Origin: Deltaproteobacteria bacterium TL4
GTDB lineage: Bacteria; SAR324; NAC60-12
Length of the DNA stretch: 30,739 nucleotides
Direction of reading: 5' to 3'
Assembly: GCA_051382335.1 (NCBI GenBank)
Contig: JBBCAX010000333.1
Coordinates: forward strand, 1 to 30,739
Both the position numbers and the translations under genes were made by a program. The number at the start of each line of letters is the position of its first letter. Position 1 is the stretch's first letter. A model generated the notes under the pieces. That model had not been told where the DNA came from. It did not search any database and saw only the letters and a program-made list of their open reading frames with translations. Below are positions 9,901 to 17,036 of this stretch, piece by piece.

Positions 9901-10406
9901 AGGAACAAGAGACGGCTGAAAAAGCACCCTTACAACCAAGGCAAAAGGCAGAAGACACAGACCATTCCGGGCACTTCGTAGTCTTGACACGAAGCCAGTC
10001 ATTATCCATGCAGCGGCTACAGGAAATCGAGGAACTGAATGCCAGATACGAAACGTTAATAGGGAAGCAGCAGCAGGAAATCCAAGAGTTGAAAGCTAAA
10101 TACGAAGCACTCTTGCAAAAAAATGAAAATGTGGAAGGCTCCAAGGAATACGAAGCTTTGATGAAAGAGCTACATCAGGCCATTACCGAATTGAATCTGA
10201 AATATGACACTTTAAAGACAGAATATCGACAAAAGCTGAAAGTACTGAATCTGAAGTATGAGGCGTTAATGAGTCAACGCCTCCCCAGTAAAAAAGTCGT
10301 TCGCTACCGAATGCGTCAAGTTGAAGTGGTTCCCTTGTTTGAAGCGTTGACAAGTTTGATAAAAAAAGTGTTTCAACTGAGCTTTTACCACAAACAGAAG
10401 GATTAA
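6972..10406 (+). CDS. Large single-pass membrane protein: signal peptide, vWA-like exported domain, TM helix, cytoplasmic coiled coils and acidic repeats (McaA-like architecture)
   Basis: 1144 aa with GGAG SD; signal peptide ending AFGA; YIVLINGTGSM (MIDAS-like) and VFVFMITD; TM LIRILGLICALLAFWYW followed by RKYKK; E/D/T-rich repeats. Confidence 0.8.
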   Translation: MKRQIRHQWLVLLLALLTASLAFGAEPNNHYIVLINGTGSMIRGVSYDTQGGTIVRELLPRKLVYALRKARIIALEKESLTQILSLDENKESLIPAFEDGDYVEILNFGWLAQPGATFSVKDYISNQWSACDKQSVLNKLNEIQSQNPSEGMDSELSYNSDYGFSTLAVPAAISTKHTRQPSGCKVPEGRVFVFMITDYDYNTSDRNSELASFQKQYNMSGAFEIMGQFNRYYQNPVTWYHQDKDDQYPEESSLVKTHLEERITRTNRSQKLKEVVSYLILVGYELIPNVIADFEKQLQWHKTSNPTQLVVHQTEKQLVMLEPFSFPLISSSLYCHKNKCQKFQLFSPDFTTTPKPSIIEIPSAAHSSFDLVWEPSEDPNWKIPDQLTVEIKIESEDPLHGKLVRVYSKTYPKLNIVKPEISRAEDGTALEGPLTVKVPSPSDADATSDFFQNEATSEERSTPATYRDGDATSPLATYEETQRTASAAKASQAEKTSAFDHLIRILGLICALLAFWYWRKYKKERERLQQAPAKKETTPVLQKDPKLEQQAQQINELNLKAEVLKKQYQQEIEKLKTETLSKEQLVEKQAQQIKDLNNTKALLEQQHLKQLDELKTETLSKEQLVEKQAQQIKDLNNTKALLEQQHQKEFQTLIEKDNQLKELRESPEKKKQQIDEIRDQHQWTETPSVNVGAVIEPLKVEDTLTGETEAAEDQSKTSEKIELTTDENELATDETERVGEVRKVETEQVEMVEKIMEEATEEPTDNVGETMEEKTQEKVPEEEPSEGKEVVETPEATTEIETSERIPEEEKTDQLLGETQKTPDATDVTDSTTETDLTEEFQEEDTAEVRDETEDLKEQETANVLDEAKEKEMTDEEVEDLKEQETTNVLDEAKEKDITDVLDVSKKEATASVQEEVEDLKEHELTNVLDEAKEEETAEDLKEEMVEDLKAEETANVLDEAKEAEMTEVLDETKDLKEQETAEKAPLQPRQKAEDTDHSGHFVVLTRSQSLSMQRLQEIEELNARYETLIGKQQQEIQELKAKYEALLQKNENVEGSKEYEALMKELHQAITELNLKYDTLKTEYRQKLKVLNLKYEALMSQRLPSKKVVRYRMRQVEVVPLFEALTSLIKKVFQLSFYHKQKD
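8692..8908 (+). repeat. 117-nt (39-aa) intragenic tandem duplication
   Basis: About 100 nt identical at 8692-8791 and 8809-8908 (LKTETLSKEQLVEKQAQQIKDLNNTKALLEQQH). Confidence 0.9.
9530..9920 (+). repeat. Acidic intragenic repeats of the EDLKEQETANVLDEAKE type
   Basis: Recurrent gaagacctgaagg and ctggatgaagcgaaaga units. Confidence 0.85.
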
Positions 10407-10417
10407 AATAATAGCTA

Positions 10418-10609
10418 TATAGACGTTCATTTAAATAAATTCAGAAAGCTCATCCTATTGCATGATCATTTAAAAACGCTGTTTCAGGAGTGCCAAAGCT
10501 TGCTTTGGCCCGAAAGGCGAATGCCTTTCTTTGGTTTTGGTCAAAGCAAGCGTTGACACTCCACAGTCTAGGTTAGACTTAAATGAAATTATCTAAATGA
10601 ACGTCTATA
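10418..10609. mobile_element. MITE-like element with 26-bp TIRs and an internal hairpin
   Basis: tatagacgttcatttaaataaattca (10418-10443) and tgaaattatctaaatgaacgtctata (10584-10609), TA at both ends; internal stem 10487-10562. Confidence 0.75.
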
Positions 10610-10628
10610 GTTATGATAAGTTCAAAAG

Positions 10629-10691
10629 TATAAAACCCGTATCATCCGTGTCATCCGTGAGCCCTTCTAAAGAAAAATTCATTACTGATGA
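10629..10691 (-). repeat. Right copy of the imperfect long inverted repeat
   Basis: ccgtatcatccgtgtcatccgtgagcc...tcattactgatga; inverse of 6276-6328 with one extra 9-nt unit. Confidence 0.6.
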
Positions 10692-10826
10692 AACTTTAAC
10701 CACTCAAAAAACTTTCATAAGTTCAGAATCCCATTGAAACTCTCTTGGAATGGGTGTAGCTTGCGTGCATTTGTCAAAACAGGCACAATGTCTTTTCCTC
10801 CCTTCATCTTAAAACAAGTAAAGAAC

Positions 10827-11051
10827 ATGAAATTAGAGATTTTTAAAACCAAGGTAACTCACGCCAGTTTTATTTTTGGCATTGTGATTCTGGTCATTGG
10901 ACTGTGGCGTTTATCTGTCTGGCGATGGTCTGTGGCTGAGTTTTTGCGCGGAACTGTTCCTATTGTGTTGATTCTATTTGGTTTAACAGCAATCGGTGCT
11001 GGACTTTCAGAATTGAAAAAAGTTAAAAACATAACGGAAAATGAAGATTAA
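10827..11051 (+). CDS. mamI: MamI paralog (copy A)
   Basis: WRWSVAEFLRGTVPIVLILFGLTAIGAG matches WWWSVVELLRGFAPVALVLFGIIAVGAG of copy B; two TM helices; upstream of mamE'. Start uncertain (track gives TTG 10734). Confidence 0.8.
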   Translation: MKLEIFKTKVTHASFIFGIVILVIGLWRLSVWRWSVAEFLRGTVPIVLILFGLTAIGAGLSELKKVKNITENED

Positions 11052-11059
11052 GGAGCGTT

Positions 11060-12538
11060 ATGAACGTGAATGATGAAGAGTGCGCTCAAAAAGAAACATG
11101 CCACGAAGGTGATGCCTGCCACCAGGAGGAATGCTGCCCTTTGAAGGACTCTCGGACCCAAAAATTACGAGGGTACATGCTCCTAGTTGGCGTTTTTGCT
11201 GTCGTCTTGGTGGCCGCAGCTTGGTACAAAGGAAAAGTCACGGTTCCATCCAGCACCACACCCCAACCCCTACTCAAGGTCAATAATCTGCTCCCGCAAT
11301 CCCAAAATTATGCGGCAAACATCCCGTACATGGGACAGAACGTCATGGCGCTGCCTGTCGCGAGGAACACCTTTACCGATGTCGTTGAGCTAGCCGAGCC
11401 ATTCGTTGTCAATATCAGTGCCATACGTTTGACGACCATGGAAAAAGACCAGCCTCTACAAAATGTTTTTAAGTTTGTTTTTCCTTTCAGTGGCGTTGGT
11501 TTTGAAAGCTTGGGTTCCGGAGTGGTCATCACTCAAGATGGATATATTTTGACTAATTATCATGCGATTGAAGGTGCCGATATTATTTATGTCAGTGTTG
11601 TTACAGGAAAAGAAACCACCCTGCATCAGGCGGAAGTCATTCAACTCGCTGAGAGGCTGGACCTCGCCTTAATTAAAATCGAGCCGCCGGTACCCTTGAG
11701 ACCCGCAATTTTAAGCAAGGAAAGACAACTCTGGATTGGCCAGGATGTGATGGCCTTCGGGCGTCCCATGAGTCTTGAAGCCACAGTCAGCAAAGGCATT
11801 GTGTCAGGGTTGGACAAGTCCATCACCATCGATAACATCACTCACCGAAAACTGATTCAAACTGACGCATCCGTCAATCTGGAGAACTCCGGGGGTCCCT
11901 TGGTTGACATGAGGGGTTATGTCGTGGGCATCAACACCGCAATTCAGGCTCCGAATGGAGAATTTGACGGTGCGGGATTTGCTGTCCCATCAAAGCATGC
12001 TGTTGAGTTTGTCGAAGCGTTTGTCGCTTTACCTGACCGCGTGCCTAACTTGAACCAACACGTCCAAGCGGTAACTGTCGCTGCAGTCAATGCGATGCCG
12101 ATTGTTGAAGGAACGGCGAATACTCATGATGACCGAGGCCCTTGTTTTCAGTGTCATCAGATCCTCCCACAAAATGCGGCGTTCAATCAATTTTCAGCGC
12201 CTCAGCCTCAGCCTGCACCAAATGGAACCAATGTTGCTTTCACTTCGCCTCAGCCCAGCACGCTTTGGTTGGGAACGGAGCTCACACCTGTGTCTCAAGC
12301 GTTGAAGGATGGCAACGCAGGGGTTTCCGGGGGTGTTTTCCTGAGCAGTGTTGCGGCGGGTTCCAACTTGGACAATGCGGGATTACGCGCAGGTGATATT
12401 ATTTTTAGAGTCGATGGCAAAACCATGGACTCCCCCAATGACCTCTACGATTTTACCCGGAACAAACAAGGCACAGCGAGAGTCTCAGTGATCCGAGAGG
12501 GTACTAGGCGAAATGTCTATGTTGAACTCACCCCATAA
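11060..12538 (+). CDS. mamE: MamE paralog: TM, trypsin-like domain, one magnetochrome, one PDZ
   Basis: LTNYH, DLALIKI and NSGGPL; HDDRGPCFQCH; LRAGDIIFRVDG PDZ motif; AGGAG SD. Confidence 0.88.
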   Translation: MNVNDEECAQKETCHEGDACHQEECCPLKDSRTQKLRGYMLLVGVFAVVLVAAAWYKGKVTVPSSTTPQPLLKVNNLLPQSQNYAANIPYMGQNVMALPVARNTFTDVVELAEPFVVNISAIRLTTMEKDQPLQNVFKFVFPFSGVGFESLGSGVVITQDGYILTNYHAIEGADIIYVSVVTGKETTLHQAEVIQLAERLDLALIKIEPPVPLRPAILSKERQLWIGQDVMAFGRPMSLEATVSKGIVSGLDKSITIDNITHRKLIQTDASVNLENSGGPLVDMRGYVVGINTAIQAPNGEFDGAGFAVPSKHAVEFVEAFVALPDRVPNLNQHVQAVTVAAVNAMPIVEGTANTHDDRGPCFQCHQILPQNAAFNQFSAPQPQPAPNGTNVAFTSPQPSTLWLGTELTPVSQALKDGNAGVSGGVFLSSVAAGSNLDNAGLRAGDIIFRVDGKTMDSPNDLYDFTRNKQGTARVSVIREGTRRNVYVELTP

Positions 12539-12549
12539 CACGATGCATT

Positions 12550-13296
12550 ATGAATAATACAGGAGCCTTTGTTGTCTCATTGGGATTTGTCGCATTTGCG
12601 GCCCTTCTGCTATACATTCTCTTTGATTCTCCGGGTTACGAAGAGGTCACGGATACCGTGAATAGCCAGGTCACAACCCTCAATGATGCGTTTGGAGTGC
12701 CTGCTGCGCTGGTTACCGAAACAGCTCCCTCTACCGCTCAACCGCCAGTCCTTCCTCCTTACGTTTCTCCAACAATTGCCCTTTCAGAAGGGCACTGGCA
12801 GGGGATGGAAGTGATTGTGCTGACAACGGAACTTAGAACAAAATTAAAAATCCCCATGAACATTGAAGGCGTCTTGATTGATGAAGCCACACTAAACGTG
12901 TTGGAGTCCGGAGTCATGGCAGGAGACATTCTGGTAGCGATTGATCAAAAGAGGGTGAAAACCATCGAAGATGTCGTAAAATTCTCAAAAAGTGTCAGGG
13001 ATCGAACCAGTGTGTCGCTGTCGATTCTTAGAAATTTTAAACCAAGGGTTTTTACGCTGAAAAGCAAGGATTTCCTGGGATTCGCGCAAGCGGAAACAGC
13101 ACCGATGATTCTTCCCAGTGATATTGTTCCTCACCCCTACCGGGGCAAATGCACCCTCTGTCACGCCATCGGAGGAACAGGCGACATGAAACCGGACCCT
13201 GATTTGATTCCCTTGCCTGTGCCGACTATCCTCAAAAACGCACAGAATACTCACAGAGATCGCGGCCCCTGCACCGCATGTCACGTTGTTTTGTAA
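12550..13296 (+). CDS. mamP: MamP: TM, PDZ and two magnetochrome domains
   Basis: EGHWQGME, LGFAQAETAPMI, PHPYRGKCTLCH and HRDRGPCTACH. Confidence 0.92.
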   Translation: MNNTGAFVVSLGFVAFAALLLYILFDSPGYEEVTDTVNSQVTTLNDAFGVPAALVTETAPSTAQPPVLPPYVSPTIALSEGHWQGMEVIVLTTELRTKLKIPMNIEGVLIDEATLNVLESGVMAGDILVAIDQKRVKTIEDVVKFSKSVRDRTSVSLSILRNFKPRVFTLKSKDFLGFAQAETAPMILPSDIVPHPYRGKCTLCHAIGGTGDMKPDPDLIPLPVPTILKNAQNTHRDRGPCTACHVVL

Positions 13297-13323
13297 AAAT
13301 GATCACTAACGCATAGGTTTGAT

Positions 13324-14115
13324 ATGGTGGAGAAGTTCTCTCCTGAAGAAGACAGAAAAGAACGTGCACGCCGGATGAAAGAAATGGCGGAAAGTTTGTT
13401 TCATGACGAAATCAAACCGCCCCCTATATTACATCAAATCCGACGCAGAGGAGCCGTTGTCCTGATGTCTGTCTTTTCTGTCATTATTTTTCTATTCACG
13501 CTATTGTATCTGATCAATCAGTTTATTGTAGAGGAAGAGAGTGTTTTCGCAGCAAAGTCTCATGTTGCCGTCTCACTCAGAAGACGGGACAGTTTATTCA
13601 GAAATATTGTGAATGCCACCCTCAATCAAGCGGCCTTGGAATATGAGTTGGTCCGGTATGTTGCTGATTCACGTTCGGAGAAGCCTAACCCGGATTTGGA
13701 AAAAGAGACAGGACTGAACCTTGAGGCGTTAAAAGGCTTGAAATCCGCGATGGCATCCCCATTCTCCCTGTCCAAGTTGAATGCTTTGGTGGAACAGTAT
13801 CCTCAAATCCAGTTCTCCGCTGTTTACTCCCAGCTGATCAATAACCTGGTAAATATTGAAAATACCATTACTCAAAAACGAGATGCGGAGAATGAAGCCA
13901 TACGCAAATACAATACCACGATTGCCCAGTATCCCTGGGTTTTCCTGTCCAAAATAACAGGCTTTGATCCTTATCCTTACTACAAAGGCACTCTTGGCAT
14001 TCAAAAGGCCCCGGGTTTAAAACCCCAGTTGTTTGACCGACTCCTGCAACCTGAAACGGTGATAAACGCAAAGGAAACTGAAACGCTGAACAGCAACCCA
14101 ACACCTCCTGAGTAA
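13324..14115 (+). CDS. mamQ: MamQ paralog (LemA family), copy A
   Basis: TM, RRRDSLFRNIVNA, ALVEQYPQI, and YN...YPW LemA motifs; paralog of 25618-26370. Confidence 0.88.
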   Translation: MVEKFSPEEDRKERARRMKEMAESLFHDEIKPPPILHQIRRRGAVVLMSVFSVIIFLFTLLYLINQFIVEEESVFAAKSHVAVSLRRRDSLFRNIVNATLNQAALEYELVRYVADSRSEKPNPDLEKETGLNLEALKGLKSAMASPFSLSKLNALVEQYPQIQFSAVYSQLINNLVNIENTITQKRDAENEAIRKYNTTIAQYPWVFLSKITGFDPYPYYKGTLGIQKAPGLKPQLFDRLLQPETVINAKETETLNSNPTPPE

Positions 14116-14117
14116 AA

Positions 14118-14570
14118 ATGTCGATCAGAAGTAAACAAAGAATTCGCATGGTTTATGTCACCATCATCTTGATCAGCCTGGTTTTTGCGCTAACAGCAGG
14201 TTTAATTGTCAAGCATGACTTGGACGTTAAAGAGCTAGGCATCATTTGGGGAAGAATGCCCAGGCCCACGGAACCTCGTTTAGTGGGCTCAATCCTGGAA
14301 CGTTTTACCCCCAAAGAGCAGAAAACAGTGATTCGACGCATTCCCCGGATTAGCGCCAATATGCGGATGCCTCATCCTTACTGGGGACAATGCGACCGAT
14401 GCCATTTGTTTAAGGACAAAACCGTCATCCACAGCATGACCCCCGTTGGCAAAGCCTTGGGAGCGTTTTCTGAAACCTACAAAAAAGTAGGCCCCCCCAT
14501 TTTGCCGGATTCCTCTATGCCCCACCCTGCTGCAGGACGCTGCATCAAATGCCACGATATCGTGATTTAA
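14118..14570 (+). CDS. mamT: MamT magnetochrome cytochrome
   Basis: N-terminal TM; MPHPYWGQCDRCH and PHPAAGRCIKCHDIV. Confidence 0.92.
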   Translation: MSIRSKQRIRMVYVTIILISLVFALTAGLIVKHDLDVKELGIIWGRMPRPTEPRLVGSILERFTPKEQKTVIRRIPRISANMRMPHPYWGQCDRCHLFKDKTVIHSMTPVGKALGAFSETYKKVGPPILPDSSMPHPAAGRCIKCHDIVI

Positions 14571-14709
14571 GAAACGGTACTACTGGTATGAGAATCGAGG
14601 GGAAACGACTCACATGAATATAAAAACTGAAACATCGAGTATTAACTTCCTTGATAATGATACCAAGTATTGATATCATCCATTTTAGAAGTTGGACTTA
14701 ATTTTGTAC

Positions 14710-14813
14710 TATAGATGTTCAGAAAATTAACGACACCGTAGAAGAGGCGTCTCGCCTCTTTCAAGGAGCGGGACGCTCCTTCTACTGTGAATTTATTTAA
14801 ATGAACATCTATA
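14710..14813. mobile_element. Second MITE-like element of the tatagaYgttca family, enclosing a GTAG-type REP hairpin
   Basis: Right end 14788-14813 matches the reverse complement of 10418-10443 at 25 of 26 nt; left end tatagatgttca; internal gtagaagaggcgtctcgc...gcgggacgctccttctac (14738-14785). Confidence 0.72.
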
Positions 14814-14821
14814 CGAAGAAA

Positions 14822-15082
14822 ATGCAACTGAATAAAAAACATGGGAAGGTCCTTGAAACGATATTTAAGGATCCAACTCAGTCAGATATTTTATGGAGTG
14901 ATATTGAAAAACTCATGTATGCCTTAGGTGCAGAGATTAGTGAAGGAAGTGGATCCAGAGTAAGAGTCGCTTTAAATGGGGTACGGATGGTCTTTCACCG
15001 TCCTCATCCTAAGAAAGAAACAGATAAAGGTGCGGTCAAATCGGTTCGTAGATTTTTCCAAACAGCGGGAGTTAGGCCATGA
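14822..15082 (+). CDS. hicA: HicA family toxin (type II TA)
   Basis: WSDIEKL..ALGAEISEGSGSRVRVALNG...FHRPHP...DKGAVKSVR; the upstream ATG 14801 lies within a MITE TIR. Confidence 0.92.
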   Translation: MQLNKKHGKVLETIFKDPTQSDILWSDIEKLMYALGAEISEGSGSRVRVALNGVRMVFHRPHPKKETDKGAVKSVRRFFQTAGVRP

Positions 15083-15408
15083 TGGAATATAAGGGGTATA
15101 TTGGATATGTTGTTTTCGATGACGAGGCAGAGATTTTTCATGGTGAAGTCATCAATACCAGAGATGTTATTACCTTTCAGGGACAAAGTGTCTCAGAAAT
15201 TAAAAAAGCATTTATAGACTCTGTTGAGGATTACTTAGAATTCTGCGAACTACGTGGAGAAAATCCAGAAAAACCATTCTCCGGTAAATTATCATTAAGG
15301 TTAGATCCTGAAATGCATCGTAAAATCTATGTCCAGGCCAGAGGTCAAGATAAGAGTTTAAATTCTTGGATAATGGAAACATTACAACACGCAATAGAAA
15401 TATCTTAA
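15079..15408 (+). CDS. hicB: HicB family antitoxin
   Basis: MEYKGY...FHGEV...DVITFQG...SVEDYL.FC...PEKPFSGK, C-terminal RHH (SLNSWI); ATGA overlap with hicA. Confidence 0.93.
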   Translation: MMEYKGYIGYVVFDDEAEIFHGEVINTRDVITFQGQSVSEIKKAFIDSVEDYLEFCELRGENPEKPFSGKLSLRLDPEMHRKIYVQARGQDKSLNSWIMETLQHAIEIS

Positions 15409-15587
15409 TATCCCGATACCTCTCAAAAACCGGAGAAAGAGTCCAAAAGGGTTACCATCAATGGAAGATTTTCTTTCCAAACACTTTGTTCACCCCCTCC
15501 CCCTTAGAGCCTCTTATCTACATGAAATCATTGCGTTTTTTTTCAAAAAAAAAAAAATAGATTTGTAATAAAAAACTTATAAAAAGC

Positions 15588-15616
15588 TTGTATTTGTAGA
15601 TTATTTTGTTGATATT
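15588..15616 (+). promoter_or_regulatory. Possible sigma70-type promoter for block B
   Basis: TTGTAT-17nt-GATATT in an AT-rich region, downstream of A/T tracts; weak match. Confidence 0.25.
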
Positions 15617-15731
15617 ACGGTTCGAGTTTTGTTACAAGTAAAACGAGTGATGAAGATCAATGTAACAGGGGCAGGAACTTTATCGCGTCCGGCGTTTAAA
15701 ATTCAGCTCAAAACACAAATAAGGAGGATGT

Positions 15732-16007
15732 ATGATTGATGATATTGTTGAAGCAGGAAAAGAGGGCTTGGAGTATTTAGGCATTGTTGATTTTTCCGAT
15801 TGTGGCGTTACAGCGTGTGCTGGCGAAGGTATTTTTGCGGGACACGGCTTTTCCGGTTTTTCAGCGCTTAAAGGCGCAGGGATTTTCGGCATCGGAGGAA
15901 TAGGGTTTAGCGCTTTAGGGCCTATCATCCTGTTGATAGTCGCTCTTGGCGCTATTATGTGGTATTTGAATGCCAGAGAAACCGAAGAAGAAGCCTCGAC
16001 GGATTAG
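15732..16007 (+). CDS. mms6: Mms6-like small Gly-rich magnetosome membrane protein, copy B
   Basis: AAGGAGG SD; KGAGIFGIGGIGFSALGPIIL TM; acidic tail ETEEEASTD. Confidence 0.62.
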   Translation: MIDDIVEAGKEGLEYLGIVDFSDCGVTACAGEGIFAGHGFSGFSALKGAGIFGIGGIGFSALGPIILLIVALGAIMWYLNARETEEEASTD

Positions 16008-16079
16008 GCTCCATTCGGAAAGAGTAAGGTGAATAGTAGTAATTTAAATAATTGAATGAGTAAATTTGGAAGGAGTATT

Positions 16080-16406
16080 ATGGATGCAAAAAAGGTTCTG
16101 GAAAGTGAGTTTTCAATGAAATCTTATTTTTTGGCAATGTGCAGTTATCTCGGCATTTTATGTCTGGTCCCGGTTGTTCTTAACAAGAATGACGAGTATG
16201 TTTATTTTCACTCACGTCAAGGATTGGTTTTATGGATTTGGAGCGTTCTTTCCATTTTCGCTTTGTATATTCCAGTCATCGGACGTCTTTTCTTTGGATT
16301 TTCCGCATTTTTAATTTTGATTTACTCCTTCGTCGGCATGATTTCTGTCATCTTTACCAAAGCGTGGAAACTTCCGTTTGTTGGTGATTTGGCCGACGGT
16401 TTTTAG
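16080..16406 (+). CDS. mmsF: MmsF/MamF-family protein, copy B
   Basis: SYLGILCLVP, DEYVYFHSRQGLVLWIW and AWKLP; ATG 16080 follows AGGAG and aligns with the copy A start. Confidence 0.87.
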   Translation: MDAKKVLESEFSMKSYFLAMCSYLGILCLVPVVLNKNDEYVYFHSRQGLVLWIWSVLSIFALYIPVIGRLFFGFSAFLILIYSFVGMISVIFTKAWKLPFVGDLADGF

Positions 16407-16829
16407 TAAGCTGAGATTTCCTGCTTATGAAAATATTCTGCGAAGTTTTTGCCTGAGCCCTACCCCGGTCGAGGTGAAATTCTGGTAGAATTTTAATTGC
16501 GATTGAGGTTTGTGGAGATGAAGATCGCGTCGTAAACGGACTCTGCTTTCTGACGCCTGTCTGCTCGGGAATGGTGAGAGAGACTTGGTTTTCGTACCGG
16601 ATCAAATCTGATTCGCAGTGTTGTGGCTCTAATATCCTTTGTCAAAGTAGACCCAAAGTTGAGGGACTCCCGCTGGTGCTAAGCTTCTTTGTTAATTTCC
16701 CGCTTTTCAAACTTGATATTCCTACCAATCTTTATTAAGGTCTGTGTGAATTGTGGATTTTTGTATCGATTAAACGTTAAGTACTTCAAGGATACTAACA
16801 CCTGAATAATGAAAGAAGGAGTCAAGGAG

Positions 16830-17027
16830 ATGACAAATGTAATTGTTGGCGTAGTCGCCTGTGCGCTGGGATTTTGGGGGTTATACACGTGGTGGTGGTC
16901 TGTTGTGGAACTTCTGCGTGGTTTTGCGCCTGTAGCTTTAGTTTTATTTGGAATTATTGCCGTTGGAGCCGGTATTACCGCAAAGCGAACCAGTATCAGT
17001 GATGACTCAACCGAAGAAGAGGGATAA
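16830..17027 (+). CDS. mamI: MamI
   Basis: Two TM helices with GLYTWWWSVVELLRG; directly upstream of mamE; alternative start 16809. Confidence 0.9.
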   Translation: MTNVIVGVVACALGFWGLYTWWWSVVELLRGFAPVALVLFGIIAVGAGITAKRTSISDDSTEEEG

Positions 17028-17036
17028 GGAGCGGTT

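Noticed and set aside
9494..10144. 216-aa Ser/Phe-rich minus-strand ORF
   Set aside because: Antisense shadow of the Glu/Lys-rich repeats in 6972-10406
14642..14842. 66-aa minus-strand ORF and the 14801 start for hicA
   Set aside because: Both run through the MITE/REP element and have no family motif
15536..15557. T9/A13 homopolymer tracts as a phase-variation switch
   Set aside because: Intergenic and outside the spacer of the weak promoter candidate; a single sequence gives no evidence of variation
16407..16808. Possible mamH remnant or hidden gene between mmsF and mamI
   Set aside because: Only short or antisense ORFs, with no recognisable MFS sequence
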